From Nannocystis bainbridge (lineage in GTDB: Bacteria; Myxococcota_A; Polyangia; Nannocystales; Nannocystaceae): DNA of 64,000 nucleotides. The DNA is taken from positions 4,000,001 to 4,064,000 of the forward strand of contig NZ_JAQNDL010000001.1 of the NCBI RefSeq assembly GCF_028368995.1, given 5' to 3'. Below, in pieces: positions 9,982-19,740 of the stretch; within the stretch, counting starts at the first letter, position 1, and every line of letters begins with the position of its first letter. The notes below the pieces were generated by a model. The model was not told where the DNA came from and made no database searches. It saw only the letters and a list, made by a program, of their open reading frames with translations. The translations under genes were made by a program, and so were the position numbers.

Positions 9982-11127
9982 ATGCGCAGCCACGTTCGTC
10001 ACCTCGTCGTCGCCCTCGCGCTCGCGGGCGGCGCCGGTTGTACGGCCTCCGCCTCGTTGAACGTATCGACCCCGCCGACCCGCGGCTCGGCCGAGCCGTC
10101 GATCGCCCGCGCCTCGGTGACGATCGTGCGCCACGGCGACAAGCTCGACTACGAGAACGGCGAGATCGAGTTCGAGACCGGCTCGGCCGCGCTGGTGGGC
10201 GGCGGCACCGACGACATCCTCGACCGCTACGCCGCCGTCCTCAAGCAGTACCCCGAGCTGAAGATCCGGGTCGAGGGTCACACCGACAGCCGCGGCAGCA
10301 CCAAGTCCAACCAGGAGCTGTCGGATCTGCGCGCCAAGTCGATCCGCAACGCGCTGATCCGCCGCGGCGTCGCCAGCGAGCGCCTCGACGCCCGCGGCTT
10401 CGGCGAGAGCCAGCCCGAGCGCGTCGAGCCTGCCGGCTGTCGCAACCGCTCGGAGGACACCGTCGCCGACGACAAGCTCGCCGAGTGCAAGGAGATCTGG
10501 ACCGCCAACCGCCGCGCCGGCTTCATCGTCACCGAGGGCGGGGGCAGCTTGCCCGCCGACGGCACGGTCGCCGACGCGCCCGAGCCCGCACCTGTCCCTT
10601 CGGGCAGCCCCGGCAAGAAGCACCCCGACTGGGCCCTGCGCATGTTCGGCGGCTACTCGCTGAGGTACCCGGGCGACGGCTTCCACGGCGGCCACTTCGG
10701 CATCGGCGTGCACGCCTCGCAGCGGTTCGGCGCGCGCCAGCGCGGCTACATCGGCGGCGGCCCGCGCCTGCACTACCGCGGCGTCCGTGGCCGCGAGACC
10801 GGCCTCGCCGGCTACGACTTCGCCACCCACTACATCGGCCCCGAGGGCAACCTCCTGGTCGGCGGCGGCAACGACCGCATCGTCGGCCTGTTCTCGTTCC
10901 GCCTCGGCCTCGGCGTCGGCATCACCCACGGCTCGGCCAGCGGCGTCGGCTTCGCCGGCTGGATGCTCGGCGGCCCGATGGTGCTCGGCAAGATCAACGA
11001 GCGCTGGAGCCTCGGCGGTCACGCCGAGTTCGGCATGATCGGGGGCATCGGCGCGGTCGCGTTCGCCACCGAGATCGGCCTCAACGTCGCCTGGCACTTC
11101 GGCCGTGGCCGCCGCAAGGGCCTCTGA
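9982..11127 (+). CDS. OmpA-family protein (N-terminal OmpA_C-like domain, C-terminal beta-rich domain)
   Basis: IEFETGSA, RVEGHTD.RG...NQELS..RA, GFGE, NRR. Alternating beta-strand pattern at the C-terminus. Confidence 0.8.
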   Translation: MRSHVRHLVVALALAGGAGCTASASLNVSTPPTRGSAEPSIARASVTIVRHGDKLDYENGEIEFETGSAALVGGGTDDILDRYAAVLKQYPELKIRVEGHTDSRGSTKSNQELSDLRAKSIRNALIRRGVASERLDARGFGESQPERVEPAGCRNRSEDTVADDKLAECKEIWTANRRAGFIVTEGGGSLPADGTVADAPEPAPVPSGSPGKKHPDWALRMFGGYSLRYPGDGFHGGHFGIGVHASQRFGARQRGYIGGGPRLHYRGVRGRETGLAGYDFATHYIGPEGNLLVGGGNDRIVGLFSFRLGLGVGITHGSASGVGFAGWMLGGPMVLGKINERWSLGGHAEFGMIGGIGAVAFATEIGLNVAWHFGRGRRKGL

Positions 11128-11204
11128 CGGCCTGTTTCATGCGACGCGTGCGGACGCCGAAGCGCTTGAACCATCCGGCTGCATCGACCGATACTCCCCC
11201 GCGC

Positions 11205-11846
11205 ATGGCCACCCACGTCTGCGTGAAATTGCTCCTCCTGCTCTCGCTCGCCGCCGTCGCGTGTGACGACAAGGGCTCGTCGGGCGCCCCGAGCCCGGGC
11301 GACAAGGCGGCCGTCTCGCCGCGCCGGGCCCTCTTCAACAAGGCTGCGGCGGCCTTCCCCGCCGGGGACCTCGCCGCCTGCACGACGCCGGTCGAGAAGC
11401 CGCTTCGGCTGGTGCTCCGCGGCCAGGGCGGTTCAGGCATCCCCCAGACGTGCGGTTCGACCGGGTTCGGCGAGGAAGAGGCGTGGTCCAACTACCGCGA
11501 CGGCGCGGGCGACTGGCAGGAGAAGAAGATCGAGGAGACGACCAAACTCGTGCTCTTCCAGCTGAAGAGCGAGAAGCTCCCGCAGGCGGCCGGCACCGTG
11601 CTGGTCCCGGGCGTCGTCGAGGGTCGGGCCGTCGTGTTCGACGACGAGGGCGCTCCGACCTGTCAGGTCGCCATCCGCGCCGAGGGCCCGTCGCAAGCCT
11701 GGACGGACCGGTCGAACGACAACAAGGACGCGAACCGGGGCCTCTGCAGCGAGCTCTCGCAGGCGGTCACGAAGGCCCTCGCGACCCCCGGGGCCGCACC
11801 GCCAGCGCCCGCCGACGGCTCCGCTCCTGCACCCGCCGCGAAGTGA
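11205..11846 (+). CDS. Hypothetical lipoprotein
   Basis: C-terminal part of ORF 9096..11846. LLLLLSLAAVAC signal/lipobox; normal codon usage. Confidence 0.6.
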   Translation: MATHVCVKLLLLLSLAAVACDDKGSSGAPSPGDKAAVSPRRALFNKAAAAFPAGDLAACTTPVEKPLRLVLRGQGGSGIPQTCGSTGFGEEEAWSNYRDGAGDWQEKKIEETTKLVLFQLKSEKLPQAAGTVLVPGVVEGRAVVFDDEGAPTCQVAIRAEGPSQAWTDRSNDNKDANRGLCSELSQAVTKALATPGAAPPAPADGSAPAPAAK

Positions 11847-11903
11847 CGCGACCGACGTCGCGCGCCGCATTTGCCCCGCCACTCGAGGCGGGCCGCGGGC
11901 GAT

Positions 11904-12872
11904 CTACCGCGGCGTCACCACGAGCGACGCCACCAGCGACCTCGCCGTCGCGTCGGTCACCGGCGCCGCGAGGCTCACCGCGCGCTCGGCGGGGAGCGCC
12001 AGCGGCGTGGTCGGCACGCCGTCGAGCATCGCCTCGACGATCGCGCTGACGGCCAGCCCGAGCACGATCCTGCCCTCCGTCGGCGCCAGCTCGATGGCGC
12101 TCGACGGCTCGGCCGGAAGCAGCGACCGGAGCACCAGCGGTTCGGCGAGCCTCGCCTGCTCCGACGTCTCCGGGGTCGTCAGCGCGACCGCGCCGAAGTC
12201 CCCCGCATCGACCACGATCTGCTTCGATACCGCCAGGCTCCACCGCTCGAGCGCGACGGCGGCCGCGATCGTCGCGTGACCGAAGAACCGGACCACCCGG
12301 CTCGCCGACGCCAGCCCCGCGGCCTCCAGCGCCTCCGCGGTCGCCGTCGCCCGCTGCGCGTCGTCGAGCTCGCCCCATTTCTGAGTCGAGAGCAGCGGCC
12401 GCTGCAGGTCGACCTCATGCAATCGCCGGAGGAGGTCCACCCCGTCGTGGATGTCCCCGAGAATCTCCGCGGCCGCGGGCAGACCGGCCTGAGCCGGCCC
12501 ATCCGCCACGAGGGCCTGCCACAGCGCCTCGAACCGCGCGTGCGCGGCCGCGAGGAGCCGCTGCCGCGCCAGCGCGCTCATCGTGTGCGTCGTCCGCACC
12601 AGCACGGTCGCCAGCAACCTCCGCCACACCTGCGCGAACTGGGTTGCGGCGCTCGCGTGCGCGGGCGGGGCCTCGGCCTCGAGGGCCTGCAGGCGGTGCA
12701 GATAGGCCTGCCCCGTCTTCCGCCCCTGATAGATGGTCGCGAGCAGCAGCTCGCGCGCGCTTCGGTCCCGGATGGACGCCGTGCGGACGGCCCACAGCTC
12801 GTGATTCGTCACGCCCCATACGATGGCGCTCAACTCCTCCGCGCTCGGATCGTCCTTGATGAGGCTCGGCAA
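11904..12872 (-). CDS. Hypothetical protein (helical)
   Basis: 322-aa ORF with protein-like composition fills the gap. No motif recognised; TTG start uncertain. Confidence 0.55.
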   Translation of the reverse strand: MPSLIKDDPSAEELSAIVWGVTNHELWAVRTASIRDRSARELLLATIYQGRKTGQAYLHRLQALEAEAPPAHASAATQFAQVWRRLLATVLVRTTHTMSALARQRLLAAAHARFEALWQALVADGPAQAGLPAAAEILGDIHDGVDLLRRLHEVDLQRPLLSTQKWGELDDAQRATATAEALEAAGLASASRVVRFFGHATIAAAVALERWSLAVSKQIVVDAGDFGAVALTTPETSEQARLAEPLVLRSLLPAEPSSAIELAPTEGRIVLGLAVSAIVEAMLDGVPTTPLALPAERAVSLAAPVTDATARSLVASLVVTPR

Positions 12873-13197
12873 TAGGCCCCTCCGACGCCGACGCTCGAAT
12901 GTCCACAGTCGAGCCGCCCACGTCCAAAAAAAATGTCGGCCCGCAAGCTATCACCAAGCCGCGAGCGAATGCGCCTATTTCGCGCCGCCGGCCGTGAGCT
13001 TCATCCGCGAACTGCAGGCGCTTGTTTCCGCGAATGTGGGCAGTCGGCGAGCGCCCTATCGGGCGCTGCCCCTCACCCCAATGGGCGCTGCGGCCGCGGG
13101 CGCGCAATCGCCAGAGGCCGGGGCGAGACCCGCGCCTGGCGATGGTATCCCCCGGACCGACGTGGAGCACGCACGAGACCGCGCCCTACTGACGCCG

Positions 13198-14091
13198 TCA
13201 TCGCTCCGGGAGGACCTGCAGCTCGAGCAGGATCTGCCGCAACACCTCGACCCGCCCCGGCTCAAGCGGACGCAGCGGCGCGCGCAGCGGCCCGACGCGC
13301 GTGCCCATCAGCTCCAGCGCCGCCGCGATCGTGCGCGGCAGCCCGTGCGCGACGATGAACTGCAGGAACGGCAGCTGCCGGTAAAACGATCGCCGCGCCG
13401 CCTCGAGGTCCCCGCGCGCGACCGCCTCCCACAGCTCGACGTTCAGCCGCGGGATCACGTGCGGCGCGGCGGTGCACCAGCCGCGCGCCCCGGCTACCAG
13501 CGCCGCCAGCGCCAGCGGATTGCTGCCGTTGTAAAACGCGACTTGCTCGCCGCACAGTTGCACGAGGCGGTGCATGCGATGCACGTCGCCGGTGCTCTCC
13601 TTGACCATCGTGACGTTGTCGATCTGCAGCAGCCGCGCGAGCGTCTCGGGCCCGAGGTCGAGGCCGCCGGTCGCGGGGTTGTTGTAGACGGCGATCGGGA
13701 TCGAGATCGCCCGCGCGACGGCCTCGAAGTGGCCGACGATCTCGTCGTCGGTGAGCTTCCAGTAGCTCAGCGGGATGACCATCACCGCGCTGGCCCCGAC
13801 CTGCTCGGCGTGCCGCGCGTGGTGGACCGTGCGCTCGGTCGTCAGGCTCGAGACGCCGACCAGCGTCGGCACCCGCCCGGCGGCCCGCTTCACCACCGTC
13901 TCGGCGACCGCCTCGCGCTCGTCGTCCGTCAGATACGGCAGCACCCCGGTGCTGCCGAGCGGCGCCAGCGCGTGCACCCCCGCGGCCAGCATGTCGTCGA
14001 CGATGCGCGTCAGCAGCCGCTCGTCGACCCGCCCCGAGTCCGTGAACGGCGTGATCGGGTACGCGACGATCCCCCGCAGCGGCGCGCTCAT
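13198..14091 (-). CDS. Dihydrodipicolinate synthase-family (DapA-like) lyase
   Basis: PITPF, LGSTG, YNNP, MVKESTGD (Schiff-base Lys). Confidence 0.88.
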   Translation of the reverse strand: MSAPLRGIVAYPITPFTDSGRVDERLLTRIVDDMLAAGVHALAPLGSTGVLPYLTDDEREAVAETVVKRAAGRVPTLVGVSSLTTERTVHHARHAEQVGASAVMVIPLSYWKLTDDEIVGHFEAVARAISIPIAVYNNPATGGLDLGPETLARLLQIDNVTMVKESTGDVHRMHRLVQLCGEQVAFYNGSNPLALAALVAGARGWCTAAPHVIPRLNVELWEAVARGDLEAARRSFYRQLPFLQFIVAHGLPRTIAAALELMGTRVGPLRAPLRPLEPGRVEVLRQILLELQVLPER

Positions 14092-14585
14092 CGGCCCCCC
14101 CCTTCGGCCTCGTGATCGACGTCGAACAGCCGGTCGCCGCGATCGGGCACCTCCTCGCGCAGCGCCACGCCGCCCATGTTCTGCAGCATCGGCGCGTTCT
14201 CGCAGGCGAGGTAGCGCGCGCGGCCCGTGCCCGTGTTGACGTGGTTGTGCCAGGCCCACACCGGCACGTACACCGCGTCGCCCTGCTTCCACGCCACGCG
14301 CCGGCCGCCGATGTACGAGTAGCCCTCGCCCTCGAGGATGTAGACCAGCGTCTCGTAGGTGTGGCGGTGGCGGTTGGACGATTGGCCCGCGTCGAGCCAG
14401 CCGATCGTCATGCTGATCGCGTGCGACGGCAGGTCGACGAAGAACACCGGGTGCTTCCTCGCCTTCGAGTAGTCGCTCTGCTGCCCGTCGGCCTCGACCG
14501 CGGGGTGGGCCAGCCGCTCGGGCATCACGACCCGCGGCCGCGGGGGTGTCTTGTCGAAGTCCGCCGAGTGATATCTGTCGGTCAT
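14088..14585 (-). CDS. Cupin domain protein
   Basis: HRHTYETLVYILEGEG...GDAVYVPVWAWHNHVN. SD AAGGAG upstream; ATGA overlap with the DapA-like gene. Confidence 0.85.
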   Translation of the reverse strand: MTDRYHSADFDKTPPRPRVVMPERLAHPAVEADGQQSDYSKARKHPVFFVDLPSHAISMTIGWLDAGQSSNRHRHTYETLVYILEGEGYSYIGGRRVAWKQGDAVYVPVWAWHNHVNTGTGRARYLACENAPMLQNMGGVALREEVPDRGDRLFDVDHEAEGGGR

Positions 14586-14623
14586 GTCTCTGCTCCTTGC
14601 GTCTCCACAGAGGTAGCGCGACA

Positions 14624-14668
14624 CTGGACCCGTGACAGGAGCCAGAACCGACATACCCACGGGTCCAG
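14624..14668. promoter_or_regulatory. Putative MocR-family operator (11-bp inverted repeat)
   Basis: CTGGACCCGTG (14624-14634) and CACGGGTCCAG (14658-14668) at the divergent cupin/MocR junction. Confidence 0.5.
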
Positions 14669-16131
14669 ATCGCCGGCCGTGGCGCTTCGATCTGGTGCTC
14701 GACAATTCCGCCGCGGTGCCGCGCCAGACCCAGCTGGCGCGCGCGCTGGTGGCGGAGATCCAGCGCGGCCGCCTGGCGCCCGGGTCGTTCCTGCCGGGCA
14801 GCCGCACGCTGGCGGCGCAGGTCGGCGTCAACCGCAAGGTGGTGGTCGCGGCGACCGACGAGCTGGTGGCGCAGGGCTGGCTCGAGGCCCTGCCGGCGCG
14901 GGGCATCCGCGTGGCGCTGGACCTGCCGACGTCGCCCGTCGGCGACGCCCAGGCGCGACGCTCACGAGCCCCTCGGCCGACCCCACGGCCGGCCGTGCAC
15001 ATGCGGATCGGCGACGGCGTCCCGGACGCGCGCATCGCCCCGGTCGACGCCCTGGCTCGCGCGCAGCGGCGGGCGCTCCGCTCGCTGGCCCGCAGCGCCG
15101 GGCTCGGCTACGGCGACCCCGCCGGCGACCCGGTGCTGCGCGACGTCCTCGCAACATTCGTCAACCAGGCCCGCGGCCTCGCCTGCACGCGCGACGAGCT
15201 GGTGCTCACCCGCGGCAGCCAGGGCGCCCTCGCCCTGTTCGCGCTCGCGGTCCTGCGACCGGGCGACGTCGTCGCCGTCGAGCACCCCGGCTACGCCCCG
15301 GCCTGGCGGGCCTTCGAGCTCGCCGGCGCGTCGGTGCTGCACATCGGCGTCGACCAGGACGGCCTGCGCACCGACCTGCTCGAGGCCGCGGCGAAGCGGC
15401 TGCGCGGGCGCCTGAAGGCGGTCTACGTCACCCCGCATCATCAATATCCGACCACCGTGACGCTGTCGCCGGAGCGGCGCATGCACCTGCGCCAGCTCTG
15501 CGACTCCTATGATTGTACCATCGTCGAGGACGACTACGATTACGAGTACCAATTCGACGGTGCCCCACGCCTGCCGCTGTCCGCCGCTTCGTTCGCCGGC
15601 CCGTCGTGCGTCTACGTCGCCTCGCTGTCCAAGCTGCTGGCCCCGGCGGTGCGGCTCGGCTACGTCATCGCCAGCAGGCCGATCGCCCAGCGCCTGCAAG
15701 CGACCCGCGAGTGCCTCGATCGCCAGGGCGACGTCGTGCTCGAGCGCGCCGTCGCCGAGCTCATCGAGGACGATGAGCTCCAGCGCCACGCCCGGCGCGC
15801 CCGCCAGCTCTACGTCCAACGCCGCGACCACCTGCTGCAGCGCTTCGCCGCCAGCCCGCTGCTGGCCGCCAACTTCGCCTGCGAGCCCCCGAGCGGCGGC
15901 CTCGCGCTGTGGGTCCGCCTGCACGGCGCGACCCGCCTCGACGACCTGGTCGCGCGCGCGCTGGTCCGTGGCCTCGCGCTCGCCCCCGGCGCGACCCACC
16001 TGGCTCACGGCTCCATCGAGGCGTTCCGCTTCGGCTTCGCCGCCCACACGCCCGAGGAGCTGACCGCGATCTGCGACACCCTCGAGGCGTGCGTCACCCG
16101 GCCGGCGCGACGCAGCAGCAAGCCGCGCTGA
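14632..16131 (+). CDS. MocR/GabR-type GntR regulator (wHTH + PLP aminotransferase-like domain)
   Basis: LPGSRTLAAQVGVNR HTH, YVTPHHQYPT, EDDYD, SLSK...RLGY. Confidence 0.92.
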   Translation: MTGARTDIPTGPDRRPWRFDLVLDNSAAVPRQTQLARALVAEIQRGRLAPGSFLPGSRTLAAQVGVNRKVVVAATDELVAQGWLEALPARGIRVALDLPTSPVGDAQARRSRAPRPTPRPAVHMRIGDGVPDARIAPVDALARAQRRALRSLARSAGLGYGDPAGDPVLRDVLATFVNQARGLACTRDELVLTRGSQGALALFALAVLRPGDVVAVEHPGYAPAWRAFELAGASVLHIGVDQDGLRTDLLEAAAKRLRGRLKAVYVTPHHQYPTTVTLSPERRMHLRQLCDSYDCTIVEDDYDYEYQFDGAPRLPLSAASFAGPSCVYVASLSKLLAPAVRLGYVIASRPIAQRLQATRECLDRQGDVVLERAVAELIEDDELQRHARRARQLYVQRRDHLLQRFAASPLLAANFACEPPSGGLALWVRLHGATRLDDLVARALVRGLALAPGATHLAHGSIEAFRFGFAAHTPEELTAICDTLEACVTRPARRSSKPR

Positions 16132-16134
16132 AGT

Positions 16135-16962
16135 TCAAAGAGCCGCCGCCGCGGGCCCGAACAGCTTACAAAACGCCCGCAGCGCCGCGGCATGAAAGAT
16201 CGTGCTGTGCCGCTCCTCGGGCATCGGCTCGTGGTGCCAGCGCACGCCCGGCACGGCCGCCTGGCCCAGCGCCCCGACGATCGCCTGCACGCCCTCCTGC
16301 ATGTCGCGCTCGTCGGAGGTCGCCACGTACAGCGTGCGCGGCGGCTGCCCCGGCTGCTGCAGCCGCGCGGCCGCCTCCCGCGCCAGCGCTCCGCGGTCCC
16401 ACCACACGCTCGGATCGATCGCCACGTAGGTGTCGAACAGCGCCGGCTCGACAAAGAACGTCTCCATCACGAACAGCCCCGCCAGCGACTCGCCCACGAT
16501 CGCCGTCTCCCCGGTGATGCGATGGCGCTGCTGGATCTGCGGCATCAGCTCCTCGCGCAGGAACCTGCGGAACGCCGCCGACCCGCCGACCCGCGGCGCG
16601 ATCTTGCGGTCCTCCGGATCGCTCGTCGGCCCCGTCAGATCGCGGCGCCGCTCGGTGTTCTCGATCCCCACCACCAAAAACGGCCGCATCGTCCCGTTGC
16701 CCGTCAAGACCTGCACGATCCCCGTGATGTGGTGAAAATCCTCCTGCATCCCCCCGTCCGGCATGTAAAGCACCGGCAGCGGCGGCCCTTCGGGCCCGTG
16801 CCCCGGCGGCGTGTAGATGTTGATCCGCCGCGTCTCTCCCAGCACCTGCGAATCGATCGTGATCGACCGCCCGATCACCAGCTCGCCCGGCGCCGCCGCC
16901 TCGTCCGTCCGCCCCGCCGCGCACCCAGACAGCAGCAGAATCAGCGCAATCACCCGCCTCAT
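16135..16962 (-). CDS. IroE/Fes-like alpha/beta-hydrolase lipoprotein
   Basis: LLSGC lipobox, VLYMPDGG, RRRDLT, GESLAG, EERH. Alternative GTG start at 17001. Confidence 0.82.
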   Translation of the reverse strand: MRRVIALILLLSGCAAGRTDEAAAPGELVIGRSITIDSQVLGETRRINIYTPPGHGPEGPPLPVLYMPDGGMQEDFHHITGIVQVLTGNGTMRPFLVVGIENTERRRDLTGPTSDPEDRKIAPRVGGSAAFRRFLREELMPQIQQRHRITGETAIVGESLAGLFVMETFFVEPALFDTYVAIDPSVWWDRGALAREAAARLQQPGQPPRTLYVATSDERDMQEGVQAIVGALGQAAVPGVRWHHEPMPEERHSTIFHAAALRAFCKLFGPAAAAL

Positions 16963-17109
16963 CCAGGCCGGGGGCGAGCGGCGAGCCGGACACGCGAGCA
17001 CGCGCGCACGCTACCACCCCCTCGCGGCCTCATCCACCCCCAGCGACGTCGCGCGGGGACGACAGCCTGTCGACCCCGCGCGAACCTCCTCTGTTGCGTC
17101 AGAGCGGCT

Positions 17110-17490
17110 TCAGATCCCGTCATCGTCGACGAAGTCGTACACCGCGCATTCGTCGTCGCACTGGACCGTGCAGGTTTGATCGGTCCCGCCCAGCACGGTC
17201 AGGATGTCGGAGATCTCGGTGGTCGGCACGTTGCAGCGGCTCGCGCAGACCTCGCGGGGTTGGTTCTCGTTGGCGCAGTTGAGCACGCAGATGCAGTCCG
17301 GGTCGTTTTGGCACGACGAGTACGCGCCGCAACAGCCGGTCTTGATGCACACGTCACAATCGGTGTCGTCGGCGTCCACGGCACAGACCGCCACTGCGTC
17401 GTCGTCGTCGTCCTCCGCGAGCGCACAGCCCAGCACCAGCGCCCCCATCATCAGGCCCGCGTGAAAGCGTCGCTTGTATTGAAAGAACAT
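17110..17490 (-). CDS. Small secreted Cys-rich acidic protein
   Basis: LVLGC signal, poly-Asp, CDVCIKTGCC...CICVLNC. SD AAGGAG upstream. Confidence 0.6.
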   Translation of the reverse strand: MFFQYKRRFHAGLMMGALVLGCALAEDDDDDAVAVCAVDADDTDCDVCIKTGCCGAYSSCQNDPDCICVLNCANENQPREVCASRCNVPTTEISDILTVLGGTDQTCTVQCDDECAVYDFVDDDGI

Positions 17491-17883
17491 CACTCGCACT
17501 CCTTCTCGTCTGCTGCGAGGGCGGCGCGGCGCCCTCGGGAATGTCACGAGTCTGGGCACGACCCGAATCACGCGCCGCCGCGCTCGGGTCTCGCGGATCA
17601 GGCTCAGGCCGCCGCGGACGCGTCGTGCTCCGGCTCCGGCGGCCCCGCGGCCCCGATTGTGCTCACCGTCACAGTATAGACATTCGCCGCGGGCGGCCCG
17701 CAAGAGCCCGTCACTCTATCCAATCATCGCGTCCCCCGCCTGGCCCGCACGAGCGCTGCGACCTGCACGGGCCGCTGCTGTGCGCCCCTACCCGCCGCCG
17801 TCCGTCGACAGCCGGGCTCTTGCGGGCGAGCGGCAGTCCCATGATTGTGCCGTCCGCCCGTCACGACCTGTCCCTGCGGACAG

Positions 17884-18417
17884 CTAGATCGCCTTGCTCA
17901 TCGGCACGAACGTGATCGTCAGCCCGTCGCGCAGCGGCACCTCCAGCGGCGCCGTCCCCTCGTAGCCCAGCGCCGCGTACAGCCGCACCCCTGGCAGCGT
18001 CGCCATCAGCTCCACCCGATGGAAGCCGGCGGCGCGGGCTTCATCCTCGCAGCGGGTCAGGATCGCGCGCCCGAGCCCACGGCGGGCCCACCCCGGATCG
18101 ACAAAGAATGCCCGGATCCTCGCCGCCTCGCGCTTCGGGTCGAGGCGCTCCGCCTCGCGCCCCGGCTGGTCGTCGCCGCCGAACAGCGTGCGGCGGAAGC
18201 TCCAGCCACCGCACGCCACCGGCGCGCCCTCGGCCTCGGCGACGAAGTACGTCCTGTCCGCGATCAGCTGCGTGTCGACCCCGAACGCCGAGCCCAGCGC
18301 CGCCTCGATCTGCGCCGGCGAGTAGTCCTCGCGTTGCAGCCCGCGCGCCGATGCGGCGATCAGCTCGCGCAGCGCCGGGATGTCGTCGAGGGTGGCGAGG
18401 CGGAGCGTCGGGCTCAT
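17884..18417 (-). CDS. GNAT N-acetyltransferase
   Basis: IRAFFVDPGWARRGLGRAIL, ATLPGVRLY..LGY. Confidence 0.9.
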   Translation of the reverse strand: MSPTLRLATLDDIPALRELIAASARGLQREDYSPAQIEAALGSAFGVDTQLIADRTYFVAEAEGAPVACGGWSFRRTLFGGDDQPGREAERLDPKREAARIRAFFVDPGWARRGLGRAILTRCEDEARAAGFHRVELMATLPGVRLYAALGYEGTAPLEVPLRDGLTITFVPMSKAI

Positions 18418-18460
18418 GGGCCCGATCTTGCTTCAACGCCCGCGCGTCTGCACAACGATT

Positions 18461-19462
18461 TCACGCCCCGAGCCGCTTGAGCTCCCCGAACTTGCCGACC
18501 CGCAGCAGCACCCCGTGCTGCGCCAGCATGTCGACGAACTTCGGCCCGTCGACCAGCTTGAGGTTCGGCTCCCCGTGGGCCGCGCCGATCGCCTGCGGCG
18601 AGAACTCCGAGGTCGTCACCAGCAGCGCCTCCGCGAATTGTTGCCGGCGGTACGCCCCCAGCAGCTCGTCGACGAAGCGGCGCCCGACCGGCGCCGCGTA
18701 GCGCTTGGCCTGCACGGCGATCCGCGAGCGATGGCCCCACGCGTCGATGTGCGCCGCCACCACGTCGACCCCGCCGTCGAGCGGACCGCCGCGCTCCTCG
18801 ACGTCGACGTAGCCCATCGCCTTGAGCAGCTCGGCCACGATCGCCTCGAACTTGCGCGGCTCGACCCCCATCAGCCACTGCAGCGTCTGCTGCTTCACCA
18901 GCGCGTTGTGGCGGGCCACCAGCGCCTCGATCTGCGGCGCCGGGTCGCCGAGCTCGAGCTGCCCCGCCGGCGTCGCGTCCGGCCCCTGAATGTAGCGACG
19001 CCACTTGATCAGCGTGTGCGCCCGTCGCTCCGCCGTCGTCCGCGACAGCCCCGTCATCACCTCGAGCCGGCGCGTCAGCGTCGTCAGGTCGAGCGCCTCG
19101 CCGGCGAAGAACGACGCGAACGGTCGCAGCGCCCGCGCCAGCCCGACCGCCTCCGCGAACACCTGTCGCTCCTCGCGCGAGCCCTCGCCCGTGGCCAGCA
19201 GCCGCTGTCCGAGCGACGTCACCAGCAGCTCGCCGCGCGCATTGAACTCCACCGCCCCGAGGATCACCGCCGCCTGTCGGTAGTAGAGGAAGTGTCGCCG
19301 GTCGACATCGAGCAGCTCGAGCAGCATGCCCGCGTGTTCGATGCCGTCGCGCACCGCCGCCACCAGCTGCCGGATGTTGCTCAGGCGATCGGCCTGCGGC
19401 ACGTCCAGGGTGCGGTGCAGGCGATCGACGCGGGCCGTCTCCTGCTTTTCAAGCTTCACCAC
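18461..19462 (-). CDS. Mrr-family (type IV) restriction endonuclease with N-terminal wHTH-like domain
   Basis: C-terminal FEAIVAELL..MGY, DGGVD, VQAKRY, LVTTSEF, LVDG. N-terminal DVPQAD...RRAHTLIKW. Start codon uncertain. Confidence 0.82.
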   Translation of the reverse strand: MVKLEKQETARVDRLHRTLDVPQADRLSNIRQLVAAVRDGIEHAGMLLELLDVDRRHFLYYRQAAVILGAVEFNARGELLVTSLGQRLLATGEGSREERQVFAEAVGLARALRPFASFFAGEALDLTTLTRRLEVMTGLSRTTAERRAHTLIKWRRYIQGPDATPAGQLELGDPAPQIEALVARHNALVKQQTLQWLMGVEPRKFEAIVAELLKAMGYVDVEERGGPLDGGVDVVAAHIDAWGHRSRIAVQAKRYAAPVGRRFVDELLGAYRRQQFAEALLVTTSEFSPQAIGAAHGEPNLKLVDGPKFVDMLAQHGVLLRVGKFGELKRLGA

Positions 19463-19740
19463 GCGCCGACCATCCCACGCCGCCAGCCCCTTGGGTACTG
19501 CTTTTTCGGCCAGATCGGCCGCGGCCCGGGGCGTTGTGGGCACTCGAAGGTACCCGCGGGGAATGACGGCACTCGAGGTCGTCGCAATGAGCGTATCCGC
19601 CCCGGAGTCTCGCACGCCCTCCGCCGGCCGCCCCGGGCCCTTCGCCGGCCTCCCCTTCCATGCAGCCCCGGGCGACCTCGGCCGCAAACGCAGCGAGGCG
19701 CCCCGCAGGAGCGCCTCGCCACGCTTCGAGCCCGCCGCGA

